Assembly: GCA_964406895.1 (NCBI GenBank)
Contig: CAYOTK010000003.1
Span: 9,529 to 73,528, forward strand
Length of the DNA stretch: 64,000 nucleotides
From: an uncultured Candidatus Saccharibacteria bacterium
Lineage (GTDB): Bacteria; Patescibacteriota; Minisyncoccia; Phycocordibacterales; PALSA-1337
Direction: 5' to 3'
Shown: positions 20,342 through 29,989 of the stretch, piece by piece
Numbering within the stretch: the first letter of the stretch is position 1
Layout of the letters: every line of letters starts with the position of its first letter
The notes under the pieces: generated by a model
What the model was told of the DNA's origin: nothing
The model's input: the letters and a program-made list of their open reading frames with translations, nothing else
Databases searched by the model: none
Program-made: the position numbers and the translations under genes

Positions 20342-20984
20342 AATTCTTTTTGTAGATCTAGATGGAACCTTAATAGACTGCCAGACGCAAAAGGAGTTTT
20401 TGCATTTTTTGTATAAAAAAGGTGTAATAGCGTTAAATACGTATATTAGAATCTTATACTATTTTTTATTATATCGTTTAAACTTAATAAATAATTCTGA
20501 ACGCTTATATGGAGAAGCCGTTGTTTGGTTGAAGAATATGAACGTAGATTTGATCAATTTATACGTAGATGAATTTTTTAATTTAGTAAGGCCGAAGATT
20601 TTTTTGAATAGTACTCGACTCATTGATCAATATAAAAATATGAATTATAAGGTGGTCTTATTGTCTAGTGGTGTTGATGCTGTGGTAAATAAGTTCGCAT
20701 CATTTTTTTGTGTTGATGATTTAATATGCACGAAACTTGAAGTGATAAATGGGTTTTATAGTGGTAAAATTTCTGGCAGGGCAATTTATGGATATATTAA
20801 AGCTACATCTATGAAAGAGTATATAAATGAATTTAAAAATGATGTATATACTGTAGCTATCGCTGATCATGCAAGTGATATCCCATTACTTAGAAATGCG
20901 GATGAATCATATTTAGTTAATCCAACTAACAAATTGTTAAAATTAGCATCGGCTTATCAATTTGGTATAATTGAAATGAAATAA
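20328..20984 (+). CDS. HAD-superfamily hydrolase
   Basis: ILFVDLDGTLID motif I. Start set at the internal ATG. The ORF track extends to 20295 but then overlaps the previous gene. Confidence 0.6.
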   Translation: MKTNKILFVDLDGTLIDCQTQKEFLHFLYKKGVIALNTYIRILYYFLLYRLNLINNSERLYGEAVVWLKNMNVDLINLYVDEFFNLVRPKIFLNSTRLIDQYKNMNYKVVLLSSGVDAVVNKFASFFCVDDLICTKLEVINGFYSGKISGRAIYGYIKATSMKEYINEFKNDVYTVAIADHASDIPLLRNADESYLVNPTNKLLKLASAYQFGIIEMK

Positions 20985-20987
20985 TAT

Positions 20988-22589
20988 ATGAATTTGTTTT
21001 CTATATCATCAGTTATATTATGTCTTAGTGGTATTGTTTTTAGTTTTATAATATATAGGACGGACAGTAAAAACAAAATAAATAGGGCCTGGTTTTATTC
21101 ATGTATCAGTTTTTCAATATGGGCATTAAGTTTGTCGGGCGTTACATTGGCAAAAACAATTGAAACTGCGTTTTTCTGGCAAAAAATTTTAGATGTATCC
21201 GCAATTTTTTTACCTTACTTGTACTTGGTATTCGTATTAAAATTATTAAAAATAGAGTGGAAATTCATTAAACGATTTCTATTTGTTTGTGTAATACTGT
21301 TAAGTATATTCAGTTTTACTAGTCAGTTTAAAATTGGCATGAAATATGAATACGATTTCTTTTGGGTAGATGCCGGTAAATATTATTTCATGTTCTTAGA
21401 ATATTTTATATTTTATGCCATTTTGTGTATGGGACTGCTTTTTTATGGATATTTTAAATCGGAAAAAAATAGTGTTGCTCGATTTCAAATAAGAAATACA
21501 ATCTTAGGAGGTATTATTGGTTATGGTGGAGGGGTTACAAATTTTTTTCCTCAGCTTTTTAGTATATATCCATATGGTAATTATCTTGTGATTCTTTATA
21601 TAGTTGTCATGGTTTATGGTGTTTTAAGATATAAATTGCTAAGCGCTAAGGTTATAAGTGCACAAATTTTTTCAGTTTCTCTAATCCTAATTTCCTTGTT
21701 TAGTTTACTCAAGACAACCTCTACAGGAGACTGGCTAATAAATTTCTTAATTTTTGTCCTTGTTATAATCTTCAGTATATTTCTTAATAGTAGTGTTAAG
21801 CAGGAAATTAAATCTAGAGAAAAGGCTGAAATCCTCGCCTCCGATCTCGAGACCAGTAACAAGCACTTGGTGGACCTGAATAAACAAAAATCAGAATTCG
21901 TATCGTTTGCAACGCATCAGTTGAGAGCACCGCTTACAGCCATGAAAGGATATGCCTCACTTCTTCTTGAAGGTGATATGGGCAAGCTTGAACCTGAATC
22001 GAGAGTCGGTATTTCCAGGATATTCGAGGCTTCGAAGACACTCGCTAGCATTGTTGAAGATTACCTGAATTTGACTCGAATTGAACTCGGTTCCATGAAA
22101 TATGCCTTCGATGCCGTAGATCTGAGATTACTTATCGAGAATGTTCTTGCTGAATTGAAACCATCAATTGATGAGAAGACAGAGGTCAAGTTTGCATATG
22201 ATTATGAGCGTATAGGCAGTACATATCGCATTACGGCTGATAAAGAGAAATTGAAACAAGTTATATCAAACATTATTGATAATGCATTGAAATATACACC
22301 GAGCGGAAAAGTTTCAGTGTATTTGGGTTTTGATAGATCGAAACATCGATTTATTTTGACTGTAGAGGATACAGGTATAGGTATATCAAAAGATATATTA
22401 CCGAGATTATTTATGAAATTTAGTCGTGCAGATAATGCCAATATGACAAATATTAAGGGCACAGGCTTGGGCCTCTATGTCGCTAGAGAAATTATGAATG
22501 CGCACGGTGGTACTATTGATGCAAAATCAGAAGGTGAGGGGAAGGGGTCGAAATTTATCCTAGAATTTGAACCTTTGGTAACAGCATAA
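20988..22589 (+). CDS. sensor histidine kinase with a multi-TM N-terminus
   Basis: 533 aa with a 5-7 TM sensor. H-box FATHQLRAPLTAM. G-boxes DTGIGISKD and GTGLGLYVAREIMNAHGGTI. Confidence 0.8.
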   Translation: MNLFSISSVILCLSGIVFSFIIYRTDSKNKINRAWFYSCISFSIWALSLSGVTLAKTIETAFFWQKILDVSAIFLPYLYLVFVLKLLKIEWKFIKRFLFVCVILLSIFSFTSQFKIGMKYEYDFFWVDAGKYYFMFLEYFIFYAILCMGLLFYGYFKSEKNSVARFQIRNTILGGIIGYGGGVTNFFPQLFSIYPYGNYLVILYIVVMVYGVLRYKLLSAKVISAQIFSVSLILISLFSLLKTTSTGDWLINFLIFVLVIIFSIFLNSSVKQEIKSREKAEILASDLETSNKHLVDLNKQKSEFVSFATHQLRAPLTAMKGYASLLLEGDMGKLEPESRVGISRIFEASKTLASIVEDYLNLTRIELGSMKYAFDAVDLRLLIENVLAELKPSIDEKTEVKFAYDYERIGSTYRITADKEKLKQVISNIIDNALKYTPSGKVSVYLGFDRSKHRFILTVEDTGIGISKDILPRLFMKFSRADNANMTNIKGTGLGLYVAREIMNAHGGTIDAKSEGEGKGSKFILEFEPLVTA

Positions 22590-22610
22590 ACCAGCCATAG
22601 ACGGTTGTGC

Positions 22611-22640
22611 GCTCCATGGTTTCGTCCAGTGGAGCGCGGG
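22611..22640. repeat. GC-rich hairpin at the left edge of a high-GC island
   Basis: gcgctccatgg...ccagtggagcgc (10-11 bp stem), immediately 3' of the minus-strand ORF stop. No T-run follows. Confidence 0.4.
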
Positions 22641-22841
22641 TTAATCGTCGTGATGCCAACGCTCGTCTTCTTCCCGCTCCTTTTCTTCAAGAGCTGAAGC
22701 GACGTGATTGGCCCAATTGTTGCCACCTACATTTTTGTGTCTGACCGGCGACATCTTGTTACTTCCGTGGGAGGATCGAAACTCTTCTTGCATTCTTTTT
22801 ATAATTTCAGCTGGATCCTCATAGGGTTGTTCAGGTTTCAT
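22641..22841 (-). CDS. hypothetical 66-aa acidic protein in a high-GC island
   Basis: TTGACA-N16-TACAAT lies upstream on the minus strand (22865-22895). Confidence 0.35.
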   Translation of the reverse strand: MKPEQPYEDPAEIIKRMQEEFRSSHGSNKMSPVRHKNVGGNNWANHVASALEEKEREEDERWHHDD

Positions 22842-22962
22842 TTGTCCATGATTGTACGCTACTTAGTTTTTTTGTCAAATGTGGATAAACTACAATTTAT
22901 GTTGCATAAAAACTATTTATATATGTTACAATTATGTTAAATATATCTAAATAAATAAAAAA

Positions 22963-24315
22963 ATGAAATTAAAAAACCACATTTATTCATATGTAACTAT
23001 ATTACTATTTGCATTCATTACGATATTTTCAGTGAATACAAAAACAGCCTCAGCTCTCACGGTTGCAAACGTTATGGGTTATGCTTGGTCCTCCAACATC
23101 GGTTGGATTAGTTTCAGTTCTGATAATATAACCTTAGGTCCGACTCCAACGCCAACATCAGGTGGCTCTGCCCCAACTCCATACCAAGTAAAAGTCAGAG
23201 CTTCTGGAACTACCGGCATCTTCGAAGGTTATGCATGGTCGTCCAACATTGGTTGGATTAGTTTCAATTCTGCAGATATCGTGGCTGCTGGTTGTTCATC
23301 GTCTGCTAGTGATGTCGCCACCATAAAAGATTTCAAAACAGGAGAGATCGCTGGATGGGCAGTGGCTCTTGCTGGTTCTGGTAGAACTGATGGCTGGGAT
23401 GGATGTATCAAACTTGCAGGCACCAATCATCTTTCATTGAATACGGCAACAGCTCTTATTAACGGTACTAGATATAACATCGGTGGCGTTCGCTATGATC
23501 CTGCAAGCGGCACCATAAAAGGTTTTGCATGGGGAGGTAATGTCGTTGGTTGGGTCAATTTTGATACTTCTTCCGTGATAAATACAGAAACAGTCAAATG
23601 TAAAGATTGCGTGAAGATTCAGCCTATTGCGTTTTCAGCCACATGTACAACATCATCTAGTGTTTCAGGCGTAGCTCCATTGTCTGTTACTTTTTCAGCC
23701 AATCCAAATCCTAGTTCAGGTTCCTATTCTTATTCTTGGTATCTTATAGGCCAGAATTCAATAGCTCCAGGAAATACATCTACAATTTCATTTACTTATA
23801 GCACGCCAGGTACTTATAATCCGATTGTTCTCGTGGCAGATACTGCTGTAGATCCAACTAATCAATATGCTGCCGCTTGTCCTACAATTACCGTTACAGC
23901 TCCACCTGCTACTCAAACACTTAATCTTTACTTGGTCCCGAATGTTTCCAGTCCAACTGCTGCTCCAAATACAACTCAGCTTTCAAGTGCCAGAAGTGCA
24001 CCTGCTGATAACATCATAACTATGAGAAGGGGAAGTGTGGCGCTCATGGGGTTGGATGTTGCGGGGTATTCGGATTGTATTCCATTTAATGCCGGTGGAG
24101 TAACCAGTTGGAACAAAATTTTTCCCGATCAAAATGTTGACGAACTAATTACGAACGATTTGCAAAATGGTAAATTCGTAAGCATTGATACTTCAAAAGT
24201 ATCTTCAGGTATCGTATATACTGCGCGTATAATATGTGTGGAAGATTCGACAATGCAATCAAAATTTGACTATGTTAATTTTAAAGTAACCTCGTCCGGA
24301 TTAAAAGAATTTTGA
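22963..24315 (+). CDS. secreted protein with three WSSNIGWISF-type repeats and a PKD domain
   Basis: Signal/TM at the N-terminus. GYAWSSNIGWISF occurs twice and GFAWGGNVVGWVNF once. PKD-like segment APLSVTFSANPNPSSGSYSYSWYL. Confidence 0.7.
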   Translation: MKLKNHIYSYVTILLFAFITIFSVNTKTASALTVANVMGYAWSSNIGWISFSSDNITLGPTPTPTSGGSAPTPYQVKVRASGTTGIFEGYAWSSNIGWISFNSADIVAAGCSSSASDVATIKDFKTGEIAGWAVALAGSGRTDGWDGCIKLAGTNHLSLNTATALINGTRYNIGGVRYDPASGTIKGFAWGGNVVGWVNFDTSSVINTETVKCKDCVKIQPIAFSATCTTSSSVSGVAPLSVTFSANPNPSSGSYSYSWYLIGQNSIAPGNTSTISFTYSTPGTYNPIVLVADTAVDPTNQYAAACPTITVTAPPATQTLNLYLVPNVSSPTAAPNTTQLSSARSAPADNIITMRRGSVALMGLDVAGYSDCIPFNAGGVTSWNKIFPDQNVDELITNDLQNGKFVSIDTSKVSSGIVYTARIICVEDSTMQSKFDYVNFKVTSSGLKEF

Positions 24316-24329
24316 TTCATATTGCAGTA

Positions 24330-24360
24330 AGCAAAAAGGCTCGACCAGTGGTCGAGCCTC
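24330..24360. terminator. hairpin terminator (functional on the minus strand; bidirectional candidate)
   Basis: aaaaa-ggctcgacc-agtg-ggtcgagcc (perfect 9-bp stem). A T-run follows on the minus strand. Confidence 0.5.
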
Positions 24361-24386
24361 GCGAAATGGAGCATGGGTAGGTTTGT

Positions 24387-25466
24387 TTACCTTCCCATCA
24401 GATGACCCCGCTGGGCGTTTGAAAGCCCCACAGGGGTAACCTTGAAAAACCTGAGAGTTTCCGGTTTCTCGACCAACAACTTCCACTGGTTCGACGTGCT
24501 TGCGCTCGTCATGCCATAACCCTCGAGGCTCCATTCTCGAAGATTAGTTGTCGATTCGACGATGAACCCTTGAAAAGGATCGCCTTTTACAATCACGGCG
24601 ATTCCCTCTAGAGATTTGACGATACCACTTTTGGGCTTTTCGAACTCAATCTCGAGCCCAGTGTTGCCATTGAACTTGTGGTACCGATCATTCTCCTGTA
24701 CGAAGATGGTAATCTTGTACACACTGCCGCAGGCAAATTCCCGACTAGTCCGCAGGTATTTCTCACCCACGATTTGGAGGTTTGTAGTCCCATCCAAGGA
24801 GTCGTAGTTTGTAATAACGACTCCACTTTGGTCGGAAACGATCATTCGTGCCCACGTGATTCCTGGCAAGGCCAGGATACTGAGATTCTCCTCAAGCCTC
24901 GGCGTGATCTCGCGCAAGACCTGTGGAATTGTGTAGTCGTTGCCGGCCTTGTCGTACTTAAACGTCGTAGCCGACTGAAACGAGACGGGGTTGTCGACAT
25001 CAACATCGGCCATCCCTGCCACGATCGTCAGGGGAAGTTCTTTGTTGACCGTATTTGTTTTCAACCCACTCTCTGCGACTTTGACGGCGTTTAACCGTAC
25101 CTTGTCGCAGAGATCGGCGAATCCCTTGATGGCATAGTAGTCGTAGGAAGACTTTCCCACAACCTTGCCATTTTGGAACATGGACACCCTAACAAAGTAT
25201 ACGTTAGAGGCCCAGTAGTCCTTCACCCAACTTTCCTCGCCCATTACGAGCCGAAGCGGAGTGACACCGTCTGCGAGCATCGTTCCCGAAAGAACGATGA
25301 AGGCGGTTACGAGGGCCGCCAGCCCTTTGGTCATGATCTTCATCGTCTTTCTTTCTCTCCCATCGCTGGGAGTTAGATTTTGTGGTTCCGACGTCTTCCG
25401 ACATCGTCGAATCCGTACGGCAACCATACCGTACTTCTTCAGGTTCTTCAGTTTTGAAAGAACCAC
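24387..25466 (-). CDS. hypothetical secreted protein in a high-GC island (alternative start 25343, MKIM..., with signal peptide)
   Basis: 359-aa ORF in a ~52% GC block. TTGCAT-N17-TAAAAT with an extended TG lies upstream (25480-25520). Confidence 0.45.
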   Translation of the reverse strand: MVLSKLKNLKKYGMVAVRIRRCRKTSEPQNLTPSDGRERKTMKIMTKGLAALVTAFIVLSGTMLADGVTPLRLVMGEESWVKDYWASNVYFVRVSMFQNGKVVGKSSYDYYAIKGFADLCDKVRLNAVKVAESGLKTNTVNKELPLTIVAGMADVDVDNPVSFQSATTFKYDKAGNDYTIPQVLREITPRLEENLSILALPGITWARMIVSDQSGVVITNYDSLDGTTNLQIVGEKYLRTSREFACGSVYKITIFVQENDRYHKFNGNTGLEIEFEKPKSGIVKSLEGIAVIVKGDPFQGFIVESTTNLREWSLEGYGMTSASTSNQWKLLVEKPETLRFFKVTPVGLSNAQRGHLMGR

Positions 25467-25562
25467 CTTTCGACACTATTTTAACATACATAAAGATAAA
25501 ATGCAAGCAAGGGTATTTATCCACAATAAGCCTTAACAAGGCCTTGTCTCTATGGTTTAGTT

Positions 25563-26060
25563 TTATTGAGCCAAAACCTCCTCCACCGCCTTTTTAACAT
25601 CACCACCATCGGCTTTGGATGATAGTTCTTTCATCATCATGCCCACTATTTTGCCACTAGATTTGGGGTCGATAGGTCCAGCGGATTTCATTGAAGAGAC
25701 TTTTTCTTTGACTATGCGTAACACTTCTTCATAAGACATTTGTGCAGGCATGAATGTTTCTAGGATTGCGAGCTCGGCTTTTTCTTTTTGTACCAGATCT
25801 TGTCTGCCGCCTTTTTCGAATTGATCAATAGAATCTTTTCTTTGTTTTATGCTTTTCTTTATTAGAGCGAGAACTTTTTCATCGGGCAGGAATTCATCGC
25901 TGGATTTGAGTACGATGAGTTCATTCATGAATAAAGCATTCAAGCCTCGCAAAACATCGAGTCTCACTTGATCTCTCGACCTCATGGCATCTTTGATAAG
26001 TTCTTTGATTTGTTTATGCATATGTTTGTTTTTATATCTAAATACTAACATTTTTTGCAA
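25563..26060 (-). CDS. yqeY: GatB/YqeY domain protein
   Basis: IKELIKDAMRSRDQVRLDVLRGL resembles the N-terminus of YqeY. The start is uncertain: 26060 or the internal ATG at 26021. Confidence 0.65.
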   Translation of the reverse strand: MQKMLVFRYKNKHMHKQIKELIKDAMRSRDQVRLDVLRGLNALFMNELIVLKSSDEFLPDEKVLALIKKSIKQRKDSIDQFEKGGRQDLVQKEKAELAILETFMPAQMSYEEVLRIVKEKVSSMKSAGPIDPKSSGKIVGMMMKELSSKADGGDVKKAVEEVLAQ

Positions 26061-26079
26061 TTATTGTTATACTAGAGTT

Positions 26080-27180
26080 ATGCAGACAATACTCATCGTA
26101 TTAGTTTTTGTTGCTGTTGTCGTTAACATAGCCATTGCCTTTGGCTTTATTAGACGTGATAGGAAACACAATACAGACGATACCAAAGGTGACGATCAAG
26201 GCCTTAGACTTATTCTCGAACAAGTCAATGATTTGGGCAGAAATGTTGAACGCAAAATGTCTGATCTTGTGAGAACAGTTGATACCAAGATCTCTGATTC
26301 CAATCGAACAGTCCAAGAATCCATGCGCACACAACTAAGCGAGTCTGCTAGTCTCATCAAAGAAGTCACTCAAGGCTTGGTCAAACTAGACGAAACCAAT
26401 AAACAAGTAGTTTCTTTTGCTGATCAGTTACAGAATCTTCAAGACATACTGAAGAATCCGAAACACCGAGGTATTCTCGGAGAATATTATTTGGAAACAT
26501 TGCTTAGAAATGTTTTGGCCCCAGGACAATATTCTATGCAATATGCTTTCGCAAATGGTGAAATAGTCGATGCTGTAATCTTCGTAAAAGACAAAGTCAT
26601 ACCAGTTGATTCCAAATTTTCTCTCGAGAATTACAACAAATTAGCAGAGGAGAAAAATCCTGCCGAGAAAGAAAAGCTCGAGAAATTATTCGTAAATGAT
26701 CTCAAGAATCGTATTCAAGAAACTTCGAAATATATAAGACCAGAAGAGGGAACACTCGAGTTTGCATTCATGTTTATACCGCATGAAGCTATATATTATG
26801 ATCTTTTGGTCAACAAAATTGGCGCCATTACAGAAGAGACAGACAATTTGATACAAAGAGCTGCAAGTAAGTACAAAGTTATAATTGTTTCTCCGACTTC
26901 ATTCTTGGCATATTTGCAAACTGTTCTTCAAGGTCTCAAGGCTATGCAGATCGAGGAAACAGCAAAAGATATTATAAAGCGAGTTTCTGAACTTGGTATT
27001 CATCTCAAGAAATATGAGGAATATCATACGAGATTGGGCACTACTTTGGGTACGGTTGTCAATCATTACAATGGCTCGAGCAAAGAATTGAAGAAGATAG
27101 ATAAGGACGTGCTTAGAATTACCGGTTCAAGCCCGGAAATAGACGTTCCTATACTAGATAGGCCTGAAGAGGTTGCATAA
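26080..27180 (+). CDS. rmuC: DNA recombination protein RmuC
   Basis: N-terminal TM, coiled coil, and a C-terminal RmuC-like region (FAFMFIPHEAIYYDL). Start set at the internal ATG at 26080 to avoid overlap with yqeY. Confidence 0.7.
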   Translation: MQTILIVLVFVAVVVNIAIAFGFIRRDRKHNTDDTKGDDQGLRLILEQVNDLGRNVERKMSDLVRTVDTKISDSNRTVQESMRTQLSESASLIKEVTQGLVKLDETNKQVVSFADQLQNLQDILKNPKHRGILGEYYLETLLRNVLAPGQYSMQYAFANGEIVDAVIFVKDKVIPVDSKFSLENYNKLAEEKNPAEKEKLEKLFVNDLKNRIQETSKYIRPEEGTLEFAFMFIPHEAIYYDLLVNKIGAITEETDNLIQRAASKYKVIIVSPTSFLAYLQTVLQGLKAMQIEETAKDIIKRVSELGIHLKKYEEYHTRLGTTLGTVVNHYNGSSKELKKIDKDVLRITGSSPEIDVPILDRPEEVA

Positions 27181-27211
27181 CCTTAATATTCGTGTATAAT
27201 AGGCTTTACTT

Positions 27212-27529
27212 ATGGAATTTGCAGTTATACAAACAGGAGGTAAGCAATATACAGTCTCAAAGGGCGATGTTGTTGTTATTGAGAAGATAAAAGGTGACTT
27301 CAAAGTCGGAGACAAGGTTGTTTTCGACAAAGTCCTTCTTGTTGATGATGGCAAAGACACAACTATTGGTACTCCTTACATAAAAGACGCTTCAGTCAAG
27401 GCAACTATTACTGATATCGGCAGACATGACAAGGTTGTCGTTGTTCACTACAAACAAAAGAGTCGTTATTTCAAGAAAAATGGTCATCGTCAACCTTTCT
27501 TCAAGGTCAAGATAGATTCTCTCAAATAA
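27212..27529 (+). CDS. rplU: 50S ribosomal protein bL21
   Basis: MEFAVIQTGGKQYTVSKGDVV... Confidence 0.9.
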   Translation: MEFAVIQTGGKQYTVSKGDVVVIEKIKGDFKVGDKVVFDKVLLVDDGKDTTIGTPYIKDASVKATITDIGRHDKVVVVHYKQKSRYFKKNGHRQPFFKVKIDSLK

Positions 27530-27542
27530 TATTTCGTAGTTT

Positions 27543-28169
27543 TTATTTTCGGTTTTCTAAGGCACTTCTCAGTGTCTCTGGATCAGCATATTCAATCTCT
27601 GCGCCAGTAGAAAGCCCTCGACCCAAAATTGATATTTTCATATTTCGGTGAGTATTCTCCAAAACCTTTTGAATAGATTCTTTTATGATAGTACAAGTGT
27701 GCTCACCATCGGGAGTCGTACTCATAGACAGAATAACCTCAACGATGCTCTGATTGGCATTTATATGTTCAAGTAGTTTGAATAGTCTGATTCTTTTGTC
27801 TGGTTCTTTGTCTAGAATGGGTACAACCCCACCGACAATGAAATACAAACCGTCATAGACGGCGCTTTTTTCTATTGATTCAAAATCCGACTCTGTGCTG
27901 ACAACCATGAGTTTGCTCGAATCTCGATTTGTATTTGAACAGACATTACATAGTCCTGAATTAGAAATTTTTTCACTGGCGTCAATGAATATTCTCTGGC
28001 ATGAATTGCATTGTTTGGCTGATTTTTTTAGTTCTGATAACAGGCTTACCAATTCTTGCGAGAATGAATTGGGTCTAGATAATATGAAATGAACAAATCG
28101 TTTCGCTTGGCGCGGACCGATGCCAGGGAATGAAGAAAAAATTTGTTCTAATTTGCGCAACGAGTCCAT
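27543..28169 (-). CDS. recR: recombination protein RecR
   Basis: HhH segment GIGPRQAKRF, C4 zinc finger CNSCQ...CNVC, and a Toprim region. Confidence 0.9.
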   Translation of the reverse strand: MDSLRKLEQIFSSFPGIGPRQAKRFVHFILSRPNSFSQELVSLLSELKKSAKQCNSCQRIFIDASEKISNSGLCNVCSNTNRDSSKLMVVSTESDFESIEKSAVYDGLYFIVGGVVPILDKEPDKRIRLFKLLEHINANQSIVEVILSMSTTPDGEHTCTIIKESIQKVLENTHRNMKISILGRGLSTGAEIEYADPETLRSALENRK

Positions 28170-28170
28170 T

Positions 28171-29553
28171 TTATTTTGATTCGAATTCTCCGAAATCGGC
28201 CTTGTCTATGCTGAGGAATGTTGTCTTCTTGCTATCAAAGTATAGTTTGACGGTGCCAGTCGGACCATTTCTGTGTTTTTCAATGAGTAGTTCGGCTTCT
28301 TCTTTGCGTCCGCCACCTTCTTGGTCTGGTTCTCGGTGAATAAAGATAACCAGATCAGCGTCCTGTTCGATAGAGCCAGAATCACGCAAGTCAGAGAGTC
28401 GAGGTTTGCCACCACGTTGCTCTACAGCACGGCTTAGCTGTGACAAAGCTAACACTGGAACTTCGAGTTCGCGAGCGAGATTCTTGAGAGAACGGGATAT
28501 TTCTGTAACTTGCTGGACTAAATTATCACTGCCACGGGTGTTGGTAGGAACCATGAGCTGTAGATAGTCCACAACTATGAGTCCAAGGCCTTTTTCGTTT
28601 TTGAGGCGTCTTGCTACTGAACGCATTTTGAGAATATTGTTACCCGCCTGATCATCAATGTATATGGGAGCATCAGAAAGCTTGCCTATAGCCTCACCAA
28701 TCGCTTTAAAATCGTGTTCAACGGACAAATTGTGGCCAGTACGGAGCTTCCATGCGTCGACTTGGGATTCGGCTGATAGCATGCGGTCTACGAGTTGCTG
28801 GGCGCTCATTTCTAGGGAAAATATCGCAGTCGGAACACGGTGATTGATAGCGGCCTTGCGTACAATATCAAGGGCAAGAGAAGTTTTACCCATAGAAGGT
28901 CTTGCGGCCAAAATGATAAGGTCGGATTTTTGGAGGCCAGAAAGTTTGTTGTCTAGATCTGTGAATCCAGTCGGCACTCCACGAAGTTGATCTTTTGTTT
29001 TGTGTAGATGATCAAGTCTTTCCCATGCTTCACCCAAAGCGTCTTTTAGGGCTATGAATTTGTTGGAACCTGTTTTGTTTGTCACAGAGTACAGTGATTT
29101 TTCGGCTTTCTCGAGAATGTCGTGCAGATCGGCCTCTTCGTCATAACCCAAGCTCATTATGTTTTCTGCGGAACGAAGGAGTTCGCGCATTATGTGCTTT
29201 TTCTCAACAATATCTGCATAGTGATCTGCATTTGTTGAAGAGGGGACTGTATTTATGAGTTCTGATAGATATGTCATGCCGCCGACTTGGTCTAGGAGAT
29301 TTTTTTCTTTGAGCCTAGAAGAAACAGAAAGTATGTCGATAGGGGAATTCTTGGAGTGAAGTTCGAACAATACTGACCAGACCATTTTGTTTGGACTGGA
29401 ATAGAAAACTGATTCATTGATCCTGTCTGATATATCATGCATGACTTCTCCTCGAATCATGACAGATCCAAGAAGAGCCTTTTCTGCTTCTACACTATGC
29501 GGAGGTATTTTCAGGTCTTTATTTTTGAAATATGGTGACGAGATATTATTCAT
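28171..29553 (-). CDS. dnaB: replicative DNA helicase DnaB
   Basis: DnaB N-domain (VEAEKALLGSVM) and Walker A GMGKTS. 460 aa. Confidence 0.9.
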   Translation of the reverse strand: MNNISSPYFKNKDLKIPPHSVEAEKALLGSVMIRGEVMHDISDRINESVFYSSPNKMVWSVLFELHSKNSPIDILSVSSRLKEKNLLDQVGGMTYLSELINTVPSSTNADHYADIVEKKHIMRELLRSAENIMSLGYDEEADLHDILEKAEKSLYSVTNKTGSNKFIALKDALGEAWERLDHLHKTKDQLRGVPTGFTDLDNKLSGLQKSDLIILAARPSMGKTSLALDIVRKAAINHRVPTAIFSLEMSAQQLVDRMLSAESQVDAWKLRTGHNLSVEHDFKAIGEAIGKLSDAPIYIDDQAGNNILKMRSVARRLKNEKGLGLIVVDYLQLMVPTNTRGSDNLVQQVTEISRSLKNLARELEVPVLALSQLSRAVEQRGGKPRLSDLRDSGSIEQDADLVIFIHREPDQEGGGRKEEAELLIEKHRNGPTGTVKLYFDSKKTTFLSIDKADFGEFESK

Positions 29554-29725
29554 GTAGATATTGTAGCACGCATAAAATTTCGCAAATCAAAGTAAAACAA
29601 AAAAGGGTGGAAAACGTGGGGAAAAAGTAAAGTCTTTAATAAATCTTTAGGAAAAATTTATAAAATCTTTAACTGCAACTTGATAATGTGTATGTGTAAA
29701 GTATTACAAATTAATTAATAATTAC

Positions 29726-29989
29726 ATGTCATTAGAACCAAAAGATTTGGAATTAGTAGAAAGAATTGTTTATAAAAATGCCGATGATATTGCCGTGTCA
29801 ATATCGAGAAGCTTCGAGCGTTTGGAGGAACGATTAGATGGTGCAGAATCACGTATATATTCTAGGATATCTGATCTAGAAAATTACGTAGACAACATGA
29901 AGCAAGAACTTATAGATATGGTCGCAGATTTCAAGGATGAGATGAGAGCAATGAGAGTTGTACAAGAAGAAGAGTACGAAGAGGCTTGA
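29726..29989 (+). CDS. hypothetical coiled-coil protein
   Basis: 87 aa, acidic and coiled-coil-like. Confidence 0.4.
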   Translation: MSLEPKDLELVERIVYKNADDIAVSISRSFERLEERLDGAESRIYSRISDLENYVDNMKQELIDMVADFKDEMRAMRVVQEEEYEEA

